Below, in pieces: positions 17,760-26,925 of a stretch of DNA of 64,000 bases. Numbering within the stretch: position 1 is the stretch's first letter; every line of letters begins with the position of its first letter. Both the position numbers and the translations under genes were made by a program. The notes under the pieces are model-generated. The model had not been told where the DNA came from and did not search any database. It saw nothing but the letters and a program-made list of their open reading frames with translations. This DNA comes from Eubacteriales bacterium (GTDB lineage: Bacteria; Bacillota; Clostridia; Christensenellales; UBA1750): contig JAVBNW010000068.1 of assembly GCA_031551255.1 (NCBI GenBank), positions 1,428 through 65,427 on the forward strand, given 5' to 3'.

Positions 17760-18677
17760 TCAATTGCTATTTTCTCGTTGCCTAAAAGGAATCCACAGTT
17801 CCATGTAGGGGGTTTCGGGCTGGTCTTGGTAATACATCTCCGGAAAAAAGCCGTCCGCAATTAATCCGTGATTCTTGAGCCAACGCCTTGTATACTTCAT
17901 CGCCTTGCCCAACGCTGAACTCGTCAACTGCTCAATAGTCTCCGCCTCAAATCCGCAAACGACGTATTCCCTTGCGGGAAGTTGCCAACTTGCAAAACGG
18001 GTGCTTTCCTCGCCGTGCTCCACCTCCGCCCCGGCAAAATACGTGGTATAGCCTTTGGGCGCGTCGCCGCGATAGCACACGCCAATACGGCGACCGCCTG
18101 GCAGGCATGGAATGTCTTGACGAACGCTGAAAAACCTGTTCCAAATCTCGTTGGGCATGGCAATGCCGGGCCTTTCGCCGAGCATCTTGCCCTTCTCGAA
18201 AGTGATATGCCCCGCTACGCCGAGGAAATCGACTGGGGCCGCAAGCGCCTTTCGGTTCATCTCCAGCACCAATCCATCGCTGATCAGCGGCACGCCCTCG
18301 TCGACCATAACGTAGCTTAATAGTAGATCGGGCTTGTCAAAATTGTTGAGGCCGACGGGGTTTAACCGGTACTGCGCCGGGGTGATGCCGTAAGCATCCT
18401 TAAAGGCCCGTGTAAAGCTCTCATGACTGCCAAAGCCGTATTCCACCGCGACATCGATGATGCGGTTGTGCGTATTGCGCAACGACGCGCAGGCTCTGGC
18501 GAGGCGGCGCAGTTTGATATATTCCCGCACCGGCCTTTTGACCAAACGCGCAAACAACCGCTGATAGTAAAACAGCGACAGCGCGGCGATTTGCGCCAGT
18601 TCCTCGATTTGAATCTCCTCGCCGATATGGCTTTCCATATGGTTCAGGGTCTTCTGTATGGCTTCCCACGCGTGCAT
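17760..18677 (-). CDS. AraC-family regulator with GyrI-like effector domain
   Basis: HTH_18 region IEELAQIAALSLFYYQRLFARLVKRPVREYI...VAVEYGFGSHESFTRAFKDAYGITPAQYR, followed by a GyrI-like C-terminal half. Confidence 0.85.
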   Translation of the reverse strand: MHAWEAIQKTLNHMESHIGEEIQIEELAQIAALSLFYYQRLFARLVKRPVREYIKLRRLARACASLRNTHNRIIDVAVEYGFGSHESFTRAFKDAYGITPAQYRLNPVGLNNFDKPDLLLSYVMVDEGVPLISDGLVLEMNRKALAAPVDFLGVAGHITFEKGKMLGERPGIAMPNEIWNRFFSVRQDIPCLPGGRRIGVCYRGDAPKGYTTYFAGAEVEHGEESTRFASWQLPAREYVVCGFEAETIEQLTSSALGKAMKYTRRWLKNHGLIADGFFPEMYYQDQPETPYMELWIPFRQRENSN

Positions 18678-18825
18678 CGAACGCACCCCTTTGTAGGCAG
18701 GATACTAAAAACGACGTGCAAATGCTTGATCGCGTCTGCTCTTTTTTGCAAATACACGGCATATGGCGCCTTCCAAAGTTTCAGGAGACGTTTCGCATGC
18801 GATGTTCCCCATACTGAAATCGGAA

Positions 18826-19743
18826 CTATCGTGACCGGACCTTAAATCTATCGCATTGTTCGCGCCACCGATACAGCCAGGTAAGCTGATCGTCCAATTC
18901 CTCGTCGCTCAAGCAGTCGGCGCCGAAGATCTCCATAACGGTTGCCTGGGTGGCAAAGTGCTGCACCGCGATCAGATCGCAAAAGGCGTCGATCTCAATT
19001 TGGCTAAGCGCGTTGTATTTCAGGTACTCGGGCACGAACCTGGAAAGCACTTGACGGGATCTTTCGAAGTTGCGCCCGTCAAATTTAAAGTATTCCGTCA
19101 TGTCGCAGATCAACGCCGGATCATACATCGGAAAACCTTCGCACGACGTATCAAAATCAAGCACGAATAACCTGCCGTCAGGCGCTTTGTGGATGTTTCC
19201 GCTGTACATATCGCCATGGCAGAACCCGCGCGGCAAATGCTTGATCTTTTCCCACAGCGCCTCCCCGTAGGCAAAAAACTCACCCGCCCTGGGATACTGC
19301 CGCTTCCTCAAAATATCGATATACCTGCCGATGAAAAACTGCTTGTCCCGCTTGACGAGCTCGCCGGTATATCCCTTCATGGCACGATGAAGCCCGCCCA
19401 CCAACGCGCCGATCGCCTCCGCGTCCTGCTTAGGATTCACCTCGCCGCCCTCAATAAATTCATACAGCACCAACACGCCGTCGTCTACCTGCGTGTACGG
19501 CGCATTTTGCCGGTTGAAGATGATCGGCGGCACGGGGAAGTTGCTCTTTTGCAAAAACACCTGCATATCCACGGCTCGAAGCGCCGTATCCAGGAACGCA
19601 CTCTTCAATGCGCGCAAAAAGTACTTTTCATGTTGTGAAAACACCGCATAGGCAGCGCTGCCCATGTCGCGCAGCAGTTCGAGACGGTCGGCGCGTATGG
19701 GATAGTTCGTGTTGAGAATCTCAAGGATGCCTTCCATAGTCAA
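18826..19743 (-). CDS. phosphotransferase (APH / choline-kinase fold)
   Basis: Brenner/catalytic loop FCHGDMYSGNIH and metal-binding VLDFDTS. Confidence 0.75.
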   Translation of the reverse strand: MTMEGILEILNTNYPIRADRLELLRDMGSAAYAVFSQHEKYFLRALKSAFLDTALRAVDMQVFLQKSNFPVPPIIFNRQNAPYTQVDDGVLVLYEFIEGGEVNPKQDAEAIGALVGGLHRAMKGYTGELVKRDKQFFIGRYIDILRKRQYPRAGEFFAYGEALWEKIKHLPRGFCHGDMYSGNIHKAPDGRLFVLDFDTSCEGFPMYDPALICDMTEYFKFDGRNFERSRQVLSRFVPEYLKYNALSQIEIDAFCDLIAVQHFATQATVMEIFGADCLSDEELDDQLTWLYRWREQCDRFKVRSR

Positions 19744-19930
19744 CCCTCGCAGAACATATTCTCCGCGCCGTCATTATACGTGCCGCCGGAAAAGAAAGCA
19801 ATGAATCTTGCCATGTGCGTTTGCCCGCGTAGGTTTTGCCCTTACCACCACATCGGTTTCACTTTGCCAAAAAAGGCGCGCCCCGGGAACCTTTGCCTCC
19901 CAGGGCACTGTACGCGGCGCAGCCATGCCC

Positions 19931-20377
19931 CTATTCCGGCATTTCCTCTTCTTTCTCGAGCGCCTCCTCGAGCGCTTCAACGCGCAGCTTAAGCGCATCC
20001 ACCGCAAGCTCCATGGCGATAAGCCTCTCTTCGGTGTCCGCAGAAAATTCGCGGAGTACCGAAGGCGCGGTTCTACGCTCCATCACAACCACCGCCTCAG
20101 GCTGCGCGGCTTCTTCGGTGGCCGGGGCCGATTCCGCCGCATCCTGCGAAACCTTTGCGGGAGGCCCGAAGGCGTCGAGGGATTGGCCGGGCAGCTCGCG
20201 CATCGAAACGGCGTCTGCCTGGCGTTGTTCGGGTATGTACGGCAGGTGAACTCTCGCAAGCTGCAGGCTGCTCCTTTGGAACGTGCGCGAAGGCGCCGCC
20301 TGTGGGATGACGCCGGGCTTTACAACCGTGGCGGGCCGAGGCGCATCCAAGTTCAATCCTTGCACGTTGATCTGCAT
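19931..20377 (-). CDS. hypothetical protein, 148 aa, Pro/Ala/Glu-rich with C-terminal coiled coil
   Basis: ATG 20377 behind GAGGGAGG. No recognisable domain. Directly downstream of the GLUG-repeat gene. Confidence 0.5.
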   Translation of the reverse strand: MQINVQGLNLDAPRPATVVKPGVIPQAAPSRTFQRSSLQLARVHLPYIPEQRQADAVSMRELPGQSLDAFGPPAKVSQDAAESAPATEEAAQPEAVVVMERRTAPSVLREFSADTEERLIAMELAVDALKLRVEALEEALEKEEEMPE

Positions 20378-20480
20378 GAAAAAACCTCCCTCTATCGACA
20401 GTTGCCATATTCTATGCCGTATAGAAAAGAGTTGCCATTGCGCATCCTCATCTCCCGTAATAGGCGCCAATTTTCCCCCG

Positions 20481-23400
20481 CTATTCTTCCCGGGGATCGA
20501 TGAGCAGCGGGCGGCCGAGCGTGGGGATGGTGGAAAAATCCCATATCACGCCTGACCATCCGGCGGCCTGCATGGCCGCGGCGAGGTTGCCCTGCGTCAC
20601 CGTTGCGCCATCCTTTAAATTTGCTCCCGGCGTAGGCGTGACCGGTACGCCGCCGCGCGTAAGCGAAAGAGTGTTCACGGCGCTGTTATTGCTCAGCGCA
20701 AGCGCAAACGCGCTGGCTGCCACGCGCCCCACCACGCTGGAGCCGCCGGCGGCAACAAGCGGGTTGAGCGCAAAGCACGCGCTCACCGGATTGGGCACGC
20801 CGCCGGAACCCGCCGCCACCACGCCCCCGGCCGCCAGCGCGGCGATCATAGTGCCCGAGGCATAGCACCTGATGAGCGAGCTTCCCTGCGAAATAGCCTG
20901 CGCCATCCCCGCTGTGTTTCCCGCGCTTTGACAGTTACCAGAGGCATAGCAATTAAGAGCGCTGGATGCGGAAGTAAAGTTGCTGACAAAGGCGCCCGCG
21001 CTGCTGCCCGTTGCCGTTACCGAGCCGGTGGCAAAGCAGCGCTCGAAAGCCGTGTCGAAAGCCGCCCCGATGAAACCCGCTACGGAAGTTCCAGAGCCGT
21101 TTACGTTGCCCCTGGCGTAGCAGGCGGTACACTGAGACGACGTCGCATCGCCGATCAAACCGCCGACGTTGGAGCGTCCGCTTGCGCTGCCCGTTGCGTA
21201 ACAACTTTGGCACAGCGCGCTCAAGGCAGATCCGATCAAACCTCCGATCGAAGTGCCGCCCGAGGCTGTGGAGCCCACAGCGGAACCGGTGGCGAAGCAT
21301 GAGGTAAAGGCTATGGCGTTTGCCGCAGTGCTCAAACTGCCCACCAGCCCGCCTACGAACGATACGGCGCTCACCCGGCCCGTTGCGGAGCAGTTCGTTA
21401 TGGCATGTGAAAAGGCCGCTGAAGCGACCGTCAAGTCGCCGATCAAGCCCCCGGCACGGCTGCTGAAGGGCACCAGTACATCGACCGCGGCGCTGCTATT
21501 CATTATGCTTCCCTCGTGCAGCCCGCCCACCAGGCCGCCGAACGGCCGGGCCAGCGACGTTGCGGCGCTCGTATCGGAAATCGAGCCCGACGGCACGGCG
21601 CACTGGGCGATCGTAGCATGTTCCGCGTTGCCGATCAGCCCCCCCACATACTGAAAGCCGCTGATATCGCCGCTTGCGACGCAGCCCGATATGTCGCACA
21701 GGGACGGATCCCGATCCGGATTCCCGCCGACGAGGCCGATCAGCCCGCCCACAAAGGCGCCGCCGCTTACCGCTACGGTGGCGATGCAGCGCTGTACAGA
21801 TTCGGCGCTTTCATCCAGCGCCACCAAAGCGCCCAATAAGCCGCCACATGCGCCGGAGGATATAAAGCTTTGGCCGGTTACCGCAATATCGCTCAGCTGC
21901 GTCGCGCCCGCGGAGGTAAAGAGGCGGCCGGCGAGCCCCCCTACAGCCGCGTCGCCGCCCTGTGCGGCGAGCGTCAACGCGGTTAACGTCATGTCGTGAA
22001 TGTTAAGCGGCCCTTGCAGCGTGCCGACGGCGCCGCCTACGTCCAGCAGTTCGCTGCCCAGGGCCTGCGCGCTTATCGCGCAGTTGTCGATGCCCATCGG
22101 CGAAAAGCTGCCCGTCAATGCGCCCGCCAACGCTCCCACATGCCCATTGTGTCCCTCGGATATCTGCGCGCTTACCTTTGCGCCCGCCAAATCAAAGCCT
22201 GCAATCGCAGCCCGCCGCACGGCGCCGAATAAACCCGCATACGCCACCACGCCAGTATTTTCCGGGGTTTGCGCAATGGGCATGTTGGCGATTATGCGCC
22301 GTGGTCCGTCGGTATCCATCGCCCCTGTGAAGATATGCTCGGGGCCGCCGGCCAGCGAAGCGTTCAGGTTGCCGATCGGCCGCCACCCCGCGCCGCCATA
22401 TGCCGCCGCATAACCGGCAAGGTCAAAAGATGTAAGCAGATGGTAGGCATCCTTCAGTGTGCCGGGCAAGCCGTAGAGCGCATCGGTATCGTCAAGCAGA
22501 ACCGCCATGCCTTCGATGTTGTCGAGCATGCGTGCGGTCTCCGCCACGCCGGCGCGATTGATAGGGTGACCAGGCAGTAAATCCGGCCACCTTGTCATCT
22601 CTACCACCGCGATCTGCCGAAGGCCGAAGGGGCTGCCCTCCGTGCCCGCGCCGCCTTCAAAAGGCATGCCCAGCGCACTGCCCGGCGAAACTGCCACGGA
22701 ACCTACTTGCCCAGCCAATTGCGCCACCGCGTACAGCACATAGCGGTAGCCATCCACTACGCCGGTCTCATCTGGATAGGGGGCGGGAACCTCGCGGCCG
22801 GGCAGCGCGCGCGAAATGATCTGCTCTTGCCCAAAGCTCAGCGCGAACCGGCCCCGCGCCGCAGTGCCGTCGGCAAGCGCTTGCTGATCGTTATAATCGA
22901 TGATGGTTTGCGCATCGGGGGCAGGCTCGCCGGGGGCGAGCAGAAGATAGTATACGACGCCCTGCCCGGCAAGAGTTTCAGATGCTCCATAGCGGAATAC
23001 GGCATCCACAGTTCTAAATGCCTCCCCCATCGCCAAGGAATCAATGCCAAGAAAAAAATCCAGCGGCGGCAGCACAATGGCGATCCGCTCCGCGGCGGGC
23101 GGGCAAGGCGGGAGGGTTGCTACGGCATTGATCGTCACCTCTTCATTTTGCAAAGAAGGGGCAACCGGCACGCTCCAGCGCCCCTGCGCATCTGCCTGCG
23201 TCGTAGCCGTGCGCACCATATCCCCCACCGTTATCACGACGCGCACGACTGCAAACGGCGTGGCTTCTCCGGTGATTTCCGCCAAGGGCACCGTAAGATT
23301 CGGGGCATCGATGGACACGCTGTTGCGCGCGCGCACGCGAATCGTTTCGATGCTCGTACACTTGGCATCGCAGCTTCTTTGCGTCAGCGCCAGGGCATAG

Positions 23401-23633
23401 CTGCCCGGCGCAAGCGGCGCAAGCTGCGCCGACCAGCGGCCCCGCTCGTCGGCGCATACCGCAAGCGCCTGTCCCGCCACGCTGATCGCAATGGCGGCGC
23501 ATGGCAGGGCCGTGCCCCGGATGAACAGGTCGTCCTGGCAATAATCCGGCCCCGTATCCACGCGCACGCCACAATGGGCCATGCACGCCCTCTGCGCGGT
23601 TAAGGTAAAGCCGGTAAATAGGCGCATGCGCAT
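20481..23633 (-). CDS. giant GLUG-motif repeat protein with N-terminal Ig-like modules
   Basis: More than 10 reiterations of xVGGLIG/VGGLVG/AGGLIG spaced about 25-35 aa apart, each followed by C(Y/F)A(T/S)G (beta-helix-like). N-terminal RGRWS/QGRWS Ig-like repeats. No obvious signal peptide. Confidence 0.7.
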   Translation of the reverse strand: MRMRLFTGFTLTAQRACMAHCGVRVDTGPDYCQDDLFIRGTALPCAAIAISVAGQALAVCADERGRWSAQLAPLAPGSYALALTQRSCDAKCTSIETIRVRARNSVSIDAPNLTVPLAEITGEATPFAVVRVVITVGDMVRTATTQADAQGRWSVPVAPSLQNEEVTINAVATLPPCPPAAERIAIVLPPLDFFLGIDSLAMGEAFRTVDAVFRYGASETLAGQGVVYYLLLAPGEPAPDAQTIIDYNDQQALADGTAARGRFALSFGQEQIISRALPGREVPAPYPDETGVVDGYRYVLYAVAQLAGQVGSVAVSPGSALGMPFEGGAGTEGSPFGLRQIAVVEMTRWPDLLPGHPINRAGVAETARMLDNIEGMAVLLDDTDALYGLPGTLKDAYHLLTSFDLAGYAAAYGGAGWRPIGNLNASLAGGPEHIFTGAMDTDGPRRIIANMPIAQTPENTGVVAYAGLFGAVRRAAIAGFDLAGAKVSAQISEGHNGHVGALAGALTGSFSPMGIDNCAISAQALGSELLDVGGAVGTLQGPLNIHDMTLTALTLAAQGGDAAVGGLAGRLFTSAGATQLSDIAVTGQSFISSGACGGLLGALVALDESAESVQRCIATVAVSGGAFVGGLIGLVGGNPDRDPSLCDISGCVASGDISGFQYVGGLIGNAEHATIAQCAVPSGSISDTSAATSLARPFGGLVGGLHEGSIMNSSAAVDVLVPFSSRAGGLIGDLTVASAAFSHAITNCSATGRVSAVSFVGGLVGSLSTAANAIAFTSCFATGSAVGSTASGGTSIGGLIGSALSALCQSCYATGSASGRSNVGGLIGDATSSQCTACYARGNVNGSGTSVAGFIGAAFDTAFERCFATGSVTATGSSAGAFVSNFTSASSALNCYASGNCQSAGNTAGMAQAISQGSSLIRCYASGTMIAALAAGGVVAAGSGGVPNPVSACFALNPLVAAGGSSVVGRVAASAFALALSNNSAVNTLSLTRGGVPVTPTPGANLKDGATVTQGNLAAAMQAAGWSGVIWDFSTIPTLGRPLLIDPREE

Positions 23634-23880
23634 CTCCCCCTCGGTACTGCCATTTTATGCTGTCGGGGGAAGAAGGTTCTTACTCGTCGTCGCGGACTGC
23701 GTAGGGCTCGTCGTATGCTTGCCGTCTCTCGCGACTATTCCGACACGCGGCAGAATATCGCAGGAAAGTGAAGATAACAACGAAAATTCACGGAAAGATC
23801 ACCGCTTCAAAAGCAGCAAAAGCCCACAATACCACTTGGTAGTGCGGGTTGTCTTAGGATTATTAGCGGTTATATATATT

Positions 23881-23900
23881 GGGAAGCGAAGAAAATGCTT
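23881..23900. repeat. 20-nt cassette-end repeat, copy 1
   Basis: GGGAAGCGAAGAAAATGCTT, 19/20 identical to 24654-24673. Lies just 3' of methyltransferase A. Confidence 0.8.
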
Positions 23901-23912
23901 GTAATAGATGTT

Positions 23913-24518
23913 TTAGGTTTTTACGGCCTTTGCAACAAAAAGAGAATAAGGAACAGGTTTCCCGTCAATCACTTTCGTGCTTTCGTAAAATTTCTTTATT
24001 TCTATTTTACCAAACCCAGTATCGTTCAATAATACAGACATTTGCATTTGCTCAAAACCGTTATGTCCATCAAAATCAGGCTCTGACATGTGAAATCCAT
24101 TGTCATCTTTATCTAAATCAATTATGATAAGTTTTCCATCTTCAACAAGTAAGTCATATAAAACCCTAAGGATTTCTTCGATATTCTTTATGTGATGCAA
24201 AACCATAGAAGTAAAAATAAAGTCAAACCTTTTATCCGGTAGCTTTTCATTGAGCAAATCTATTCGAACCGCTTCGGCGCTAGGAATGTCAGAAATTTTC
24301 CTGTTAATCTCATCAATCATCCCTTTTGAAGCATCAATAAAAGTAATTGATGAAAACAGATCGATTAATTCCAGACCAATAAGACCTGTCCCACAGCCAA
24401 ATTCCATAGCAAATTGACAACGATTGTCAATATATTGCCGTATACAGCTTGCTATTTCCTTTGCTCTTTCTTTACGTCTAATTGTATCAAAATTCTTAGC
24501 ATGCGCATCAAAATCCAT
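23913..24518 (-). CDS. class I SAM-dependent methyltransferase
   Basis: Motif I AMEFGCGTGLIGLEL, post-I FIDAS, FDFIFTSMVLHH. Confidence 0.8.
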   Translation of the reverse strand: MDFDAHAKNFDTIRRKERAKEIASCIRQYIDNRCQFAMEFGCGTGLIGLELIDLFSSITFIDASKGMIDEINRKISDIPSAEAVRIDLLNEKLPDKRFDFIFTSMVLHHIKNIEEILRVLYDLLVEDGKLIIIDLDKDDNGFHMSEPDFDGHNGFEQMQMSVLLNDTGFGKIEIKKFYESTKVIDGKPVPYSLFVAKAVKT

Positions 24519-24653
24519 CCTGTACCTCCACCGCTATAAATTATCTTCAAAATTATTCTGAGCTAATTGTGGCACACAGGTCGGATACGGCCCAATGCCT
24601 TTGCGTTCGACCGCTTTCATAAATTCTGGGATGATTGGCGATTTTAGATAGTA

Positions 24654-24673
24654 GGGAAGCAAAGAAAATGCTT
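24654..24673. repeat. 20-nt cassette-end repeat, copy 2
   Basis: GGGAAGCAAAGAAAATGCTT, overlapping the stop codon of methyltransferase B. Confidence 0.8.
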
Positions 24674-25472
24674 ATTTTCTGCAAATCATCAAAGCATGGT
24701 CTGAAAGTCCCGTGCACGACGGACTATCGACCATTCTGTCGGCAAGCTTCATGTATAAGGCAAGTGTTTCTTCACTCATCGTATTGATAGCCCCTTGGGC
24801 AAAAACATAATCCACTCCGCAATTCTTAACAATATCGAGATTTTTCTGCTTTGCGTCATGTTCCATCTCTTCAGGGGATGTGAAAAAGAAAACGCCTTGC
24901 AGTGACTCTAACGTGCTATGCTCAAGAATGAATTTATCCGGTTCTACGCTTGCGTATTCATTTCGCCATTTGTCATCGACACAAGCCGCAGCATAAACGC
25001 CCAGCCTATTTATATAGGAAAACGCCAATATCGCATCTGCCCGGGCTATTCTACAACACTCATCAAAGACCTCCGACCTCTCTTCTCGAGGTAAATGGTA
25101 CATAGGGCCAAGGCATAAGACGACATCAAAGGCATTATCGGGTATGTCGGACAAATTAGTAGCGTCCCCAACTGCCGCGCGGATGTTTTTCTTTCCCGCT
25201 GCGGCAATCTTCTTGTTAAACACCGCAATATTGTCCGCAGAAAGGTCTATGCCCGTGTAATGAGCACAAAAATCAGAAAAATGCATTCCATAATATCCTG
25301 TCGCGCATCCTACTTCTATTACGTTAGCGCCTGCGTGGATAAATTCGCTTAGCAATTTCTTTGTATAGTGAAATTCAAGATTTCTCGCCCTTGATTCCGA
25401 AGCCCTGTCATCTTCGTTATAGCCGCCATAAAAGCCAACTACTTTTTCATGATTTGAAGCCAAGTTTACCAC
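24672..25472 (-). CDS. class I SAM-dependent methyltransferase (second, divergent)
   Basis: Motif I VIEVGCATGYYGMHF, GIDLS, FDVVLCLGPMYHL. Start is GTG 25472 or TTG 25463. Confidence 0.8.
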   Translation of the reverse strand: MVNLASNHEKVVGFYGGYNEDDRASESRARNLEFHYTKKLLSEFIHAGANVIEVGCATGYYGMHFSDFCAHYTGIDLSADNIAVFNKKIAAAGKKNIRAAVGDATNLSDIPDNAFDVVLCLGPMYHLPREERSEVFDECCRIARADAILAFSYINRLGVYAAACVDDKWRNEYASVEPDKFILEHSTLESLQGVFFFTSPEEMEHDAKQKNLDIVKNCGVDYVFAQGAINTMSEETLALYMKLADRMVDSPSCTGLSDHALMICRK

Positions 25473-25716
25473 CGCCTGGTATAAATTATTCCCGTTCTCA
25501 TGCTGAACTGATCATATCACACAAATAGAAAGCGGTCGAATGCTTTCATGAATCCTGGAATACAAGGACGAAATAGATGCGTCTTTCACACCTCTCCTCG
25601 CAAGGATGAAGGCTCTAGGCGTATTTTCAATCACCTTGTAAGGATCATAGCCCGTTTGGATTTTCTGTCACGGAGCCCGCCTCTTGCATATATTGATCCG
25701 GGAAAAGAGGTGCACC

Positions 25717-26466
25717 ATGAACAACTTTTGTAGAAACAGCGGCCACTGGTCGCATTTGGGAAATCAAGGCAGCTGTCTGCCCCGCCGGTGTGCTGAAGGT
25801 CCGCAAGGTCTCATCGGCCCGACAGGCCCACAAGGCCCCAGCCTTATACCGGAACCCGATCCGCTATTTGACCCGTGTAAATTTGTGCGCGTGAATGAAA
25901 ACGGCGAGTATGTGCTTGTGGAAGTACTGGGCCTAAATACGGGCAGTCTGCCAAACGCAGATGCCTACAATGCATGGTCTTTTGATCCGATTGGCCTTAA
26001 CGCAGGCGTACCGCTGCCCTTGGGGCAGTTGTATTTGACACGCATGATCCTCCAGTGTGCGGTGTTTATTTTTGATGTTTCCTATGTCATCACTGCTGCG
26101 GGCACCGGTTTGACGGCGGGCGCGTGCGGCATAGGGCTCTACAACAACGCGGGTACGCTCGTAGCATCCGCGCCCAATCCGCAAACCGATTGGACAACGA
26201 CTGGTCAAAAACTGACTAGCCTTTCCTCGCCCATAACTTTGGGCAACCCGGAGGGGCCGGAGCATATTTTCGTGGCATTCCTTGTCAATGGCACGACAAG
26301 CCCCTCGTTTTTGGCGGCGCCAACGGGTATCGGAAATTCGCTGGTCCGCCCCAGTACAAAACCCGACCGCTTTTCGCTTTTCGGGACGGGGCTGACAGCA
26401 CTTCCATCCACGATTCCATTCCTGGGTATGCAGGCCAGCACGATCGGCATCTGGGATGCTATCTAG
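25717..26466 (+). CDS. collagen-like (GXY)5 protein with about 200-aa C-terminal globular domain
   Basis: GPQGLIGPTGPQGPS triplet run near the N-terminus, then a beta-rich C-terminal domain. The architecture recalls BclA-type exosporium or phage-fibre proteins. Confidence 0.55.
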   Translation: MNNFCRNSGHWSHLGNQGSCLPRRCAEGPQGLIGPTGPQGPSLIPEPDPLFDPCKFVRVNENGEYVLVEVLGLNTGSLPNADAYNAWSFDPIGLNAGVPLPLGQLYLTRMILQCAVFIFDVSYVITAAGTGLTAGACGIGLYNNAGTLVASAPNPQTDWTTTGQKLTSLSSPITLGNPEGPEHIFVAFLVNGTTSPSFLAAPTGIGNSLVRPSTKPDRFSLFGTGLTALPSTIPFLGMQASTIGIWDAI

Positions 26467-26572
26467 CGGCTATCCCAATGGCAGCATAATGACATTTTTG
26501 CCGCAGCAAATCACCAAAAACCCCTCAGCCCAAGTTCAACACCGATAGGGATAACACCGCAATCGGAGGATG

Positions 26573-26611
26573 GGACATAGAGCGTGAAGCAGCACCCTAT
26601 GTCCTGTTTTT
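26573..26611 (+). terminator. candidate terminator of the collagen-like gene
   Basis: GGACATAG (26573-26580) / CTATGTCC (26597-26604) stem with a 16-nt loop, followed by TGTTTTT. Confidence 0.4.
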
Positions 26612-26819
26612 CGCCTTACCCCGCACAGCTCACAGGAAAAGGCAGTGATACCCTTTTTCGGAGATTTACTAAAAGTATAATTCGTAAAGCCGTTGCGGAC
26701 ACTGCCCGCAAGCTGTGTTAGGCATGATTGTCACACCTCCATTCCCGCCCTGCCCCCAAAACACGGCTTGCATCTTGTTTTGGGGCTGCAAAGTCCCTGC
26801 GGGGGCTTTGGGATGAAGA

Positions 26820-26848
26820 TTGATAATTTGAGGGCGGCGCGCTATACT
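26820..26848 (+). promoter_or_regulatory. near-consensus sigma-70 promoter of the HD-domain gene
   Basis: TTGATA (26820-26825), 17 nt, TATACT (26843-26848), about 80 nt upstream of the CDS. Confidence 0.55.
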
Positions 26849-26925
26849 GTGAATGGTAGATTCGTTAGGCGCGCCGGCGCATAATGGATGCGACATAGGG
26901 GCTAATTTATATAACCTGCAGAAAG

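Noticed and set aside
23640-23800. Small minus-strand ORF ending ...QAYDEPYAVRDDE* just downstream of the island boundary
   Set aside because: There is no start codon (ATG/GTG/TTG) after the upstream in-frame TGA and no RBS. It is probably a gene-end remnant.
24519-24671. Integron attC sites between the methyltransferase cassettes
   Set aside because: I could not find the R''/R' (RYYYAAC / GTTRRRY) inverted core pairs, and no intI is nearby. The repeats look like coding-fragment scars instead.
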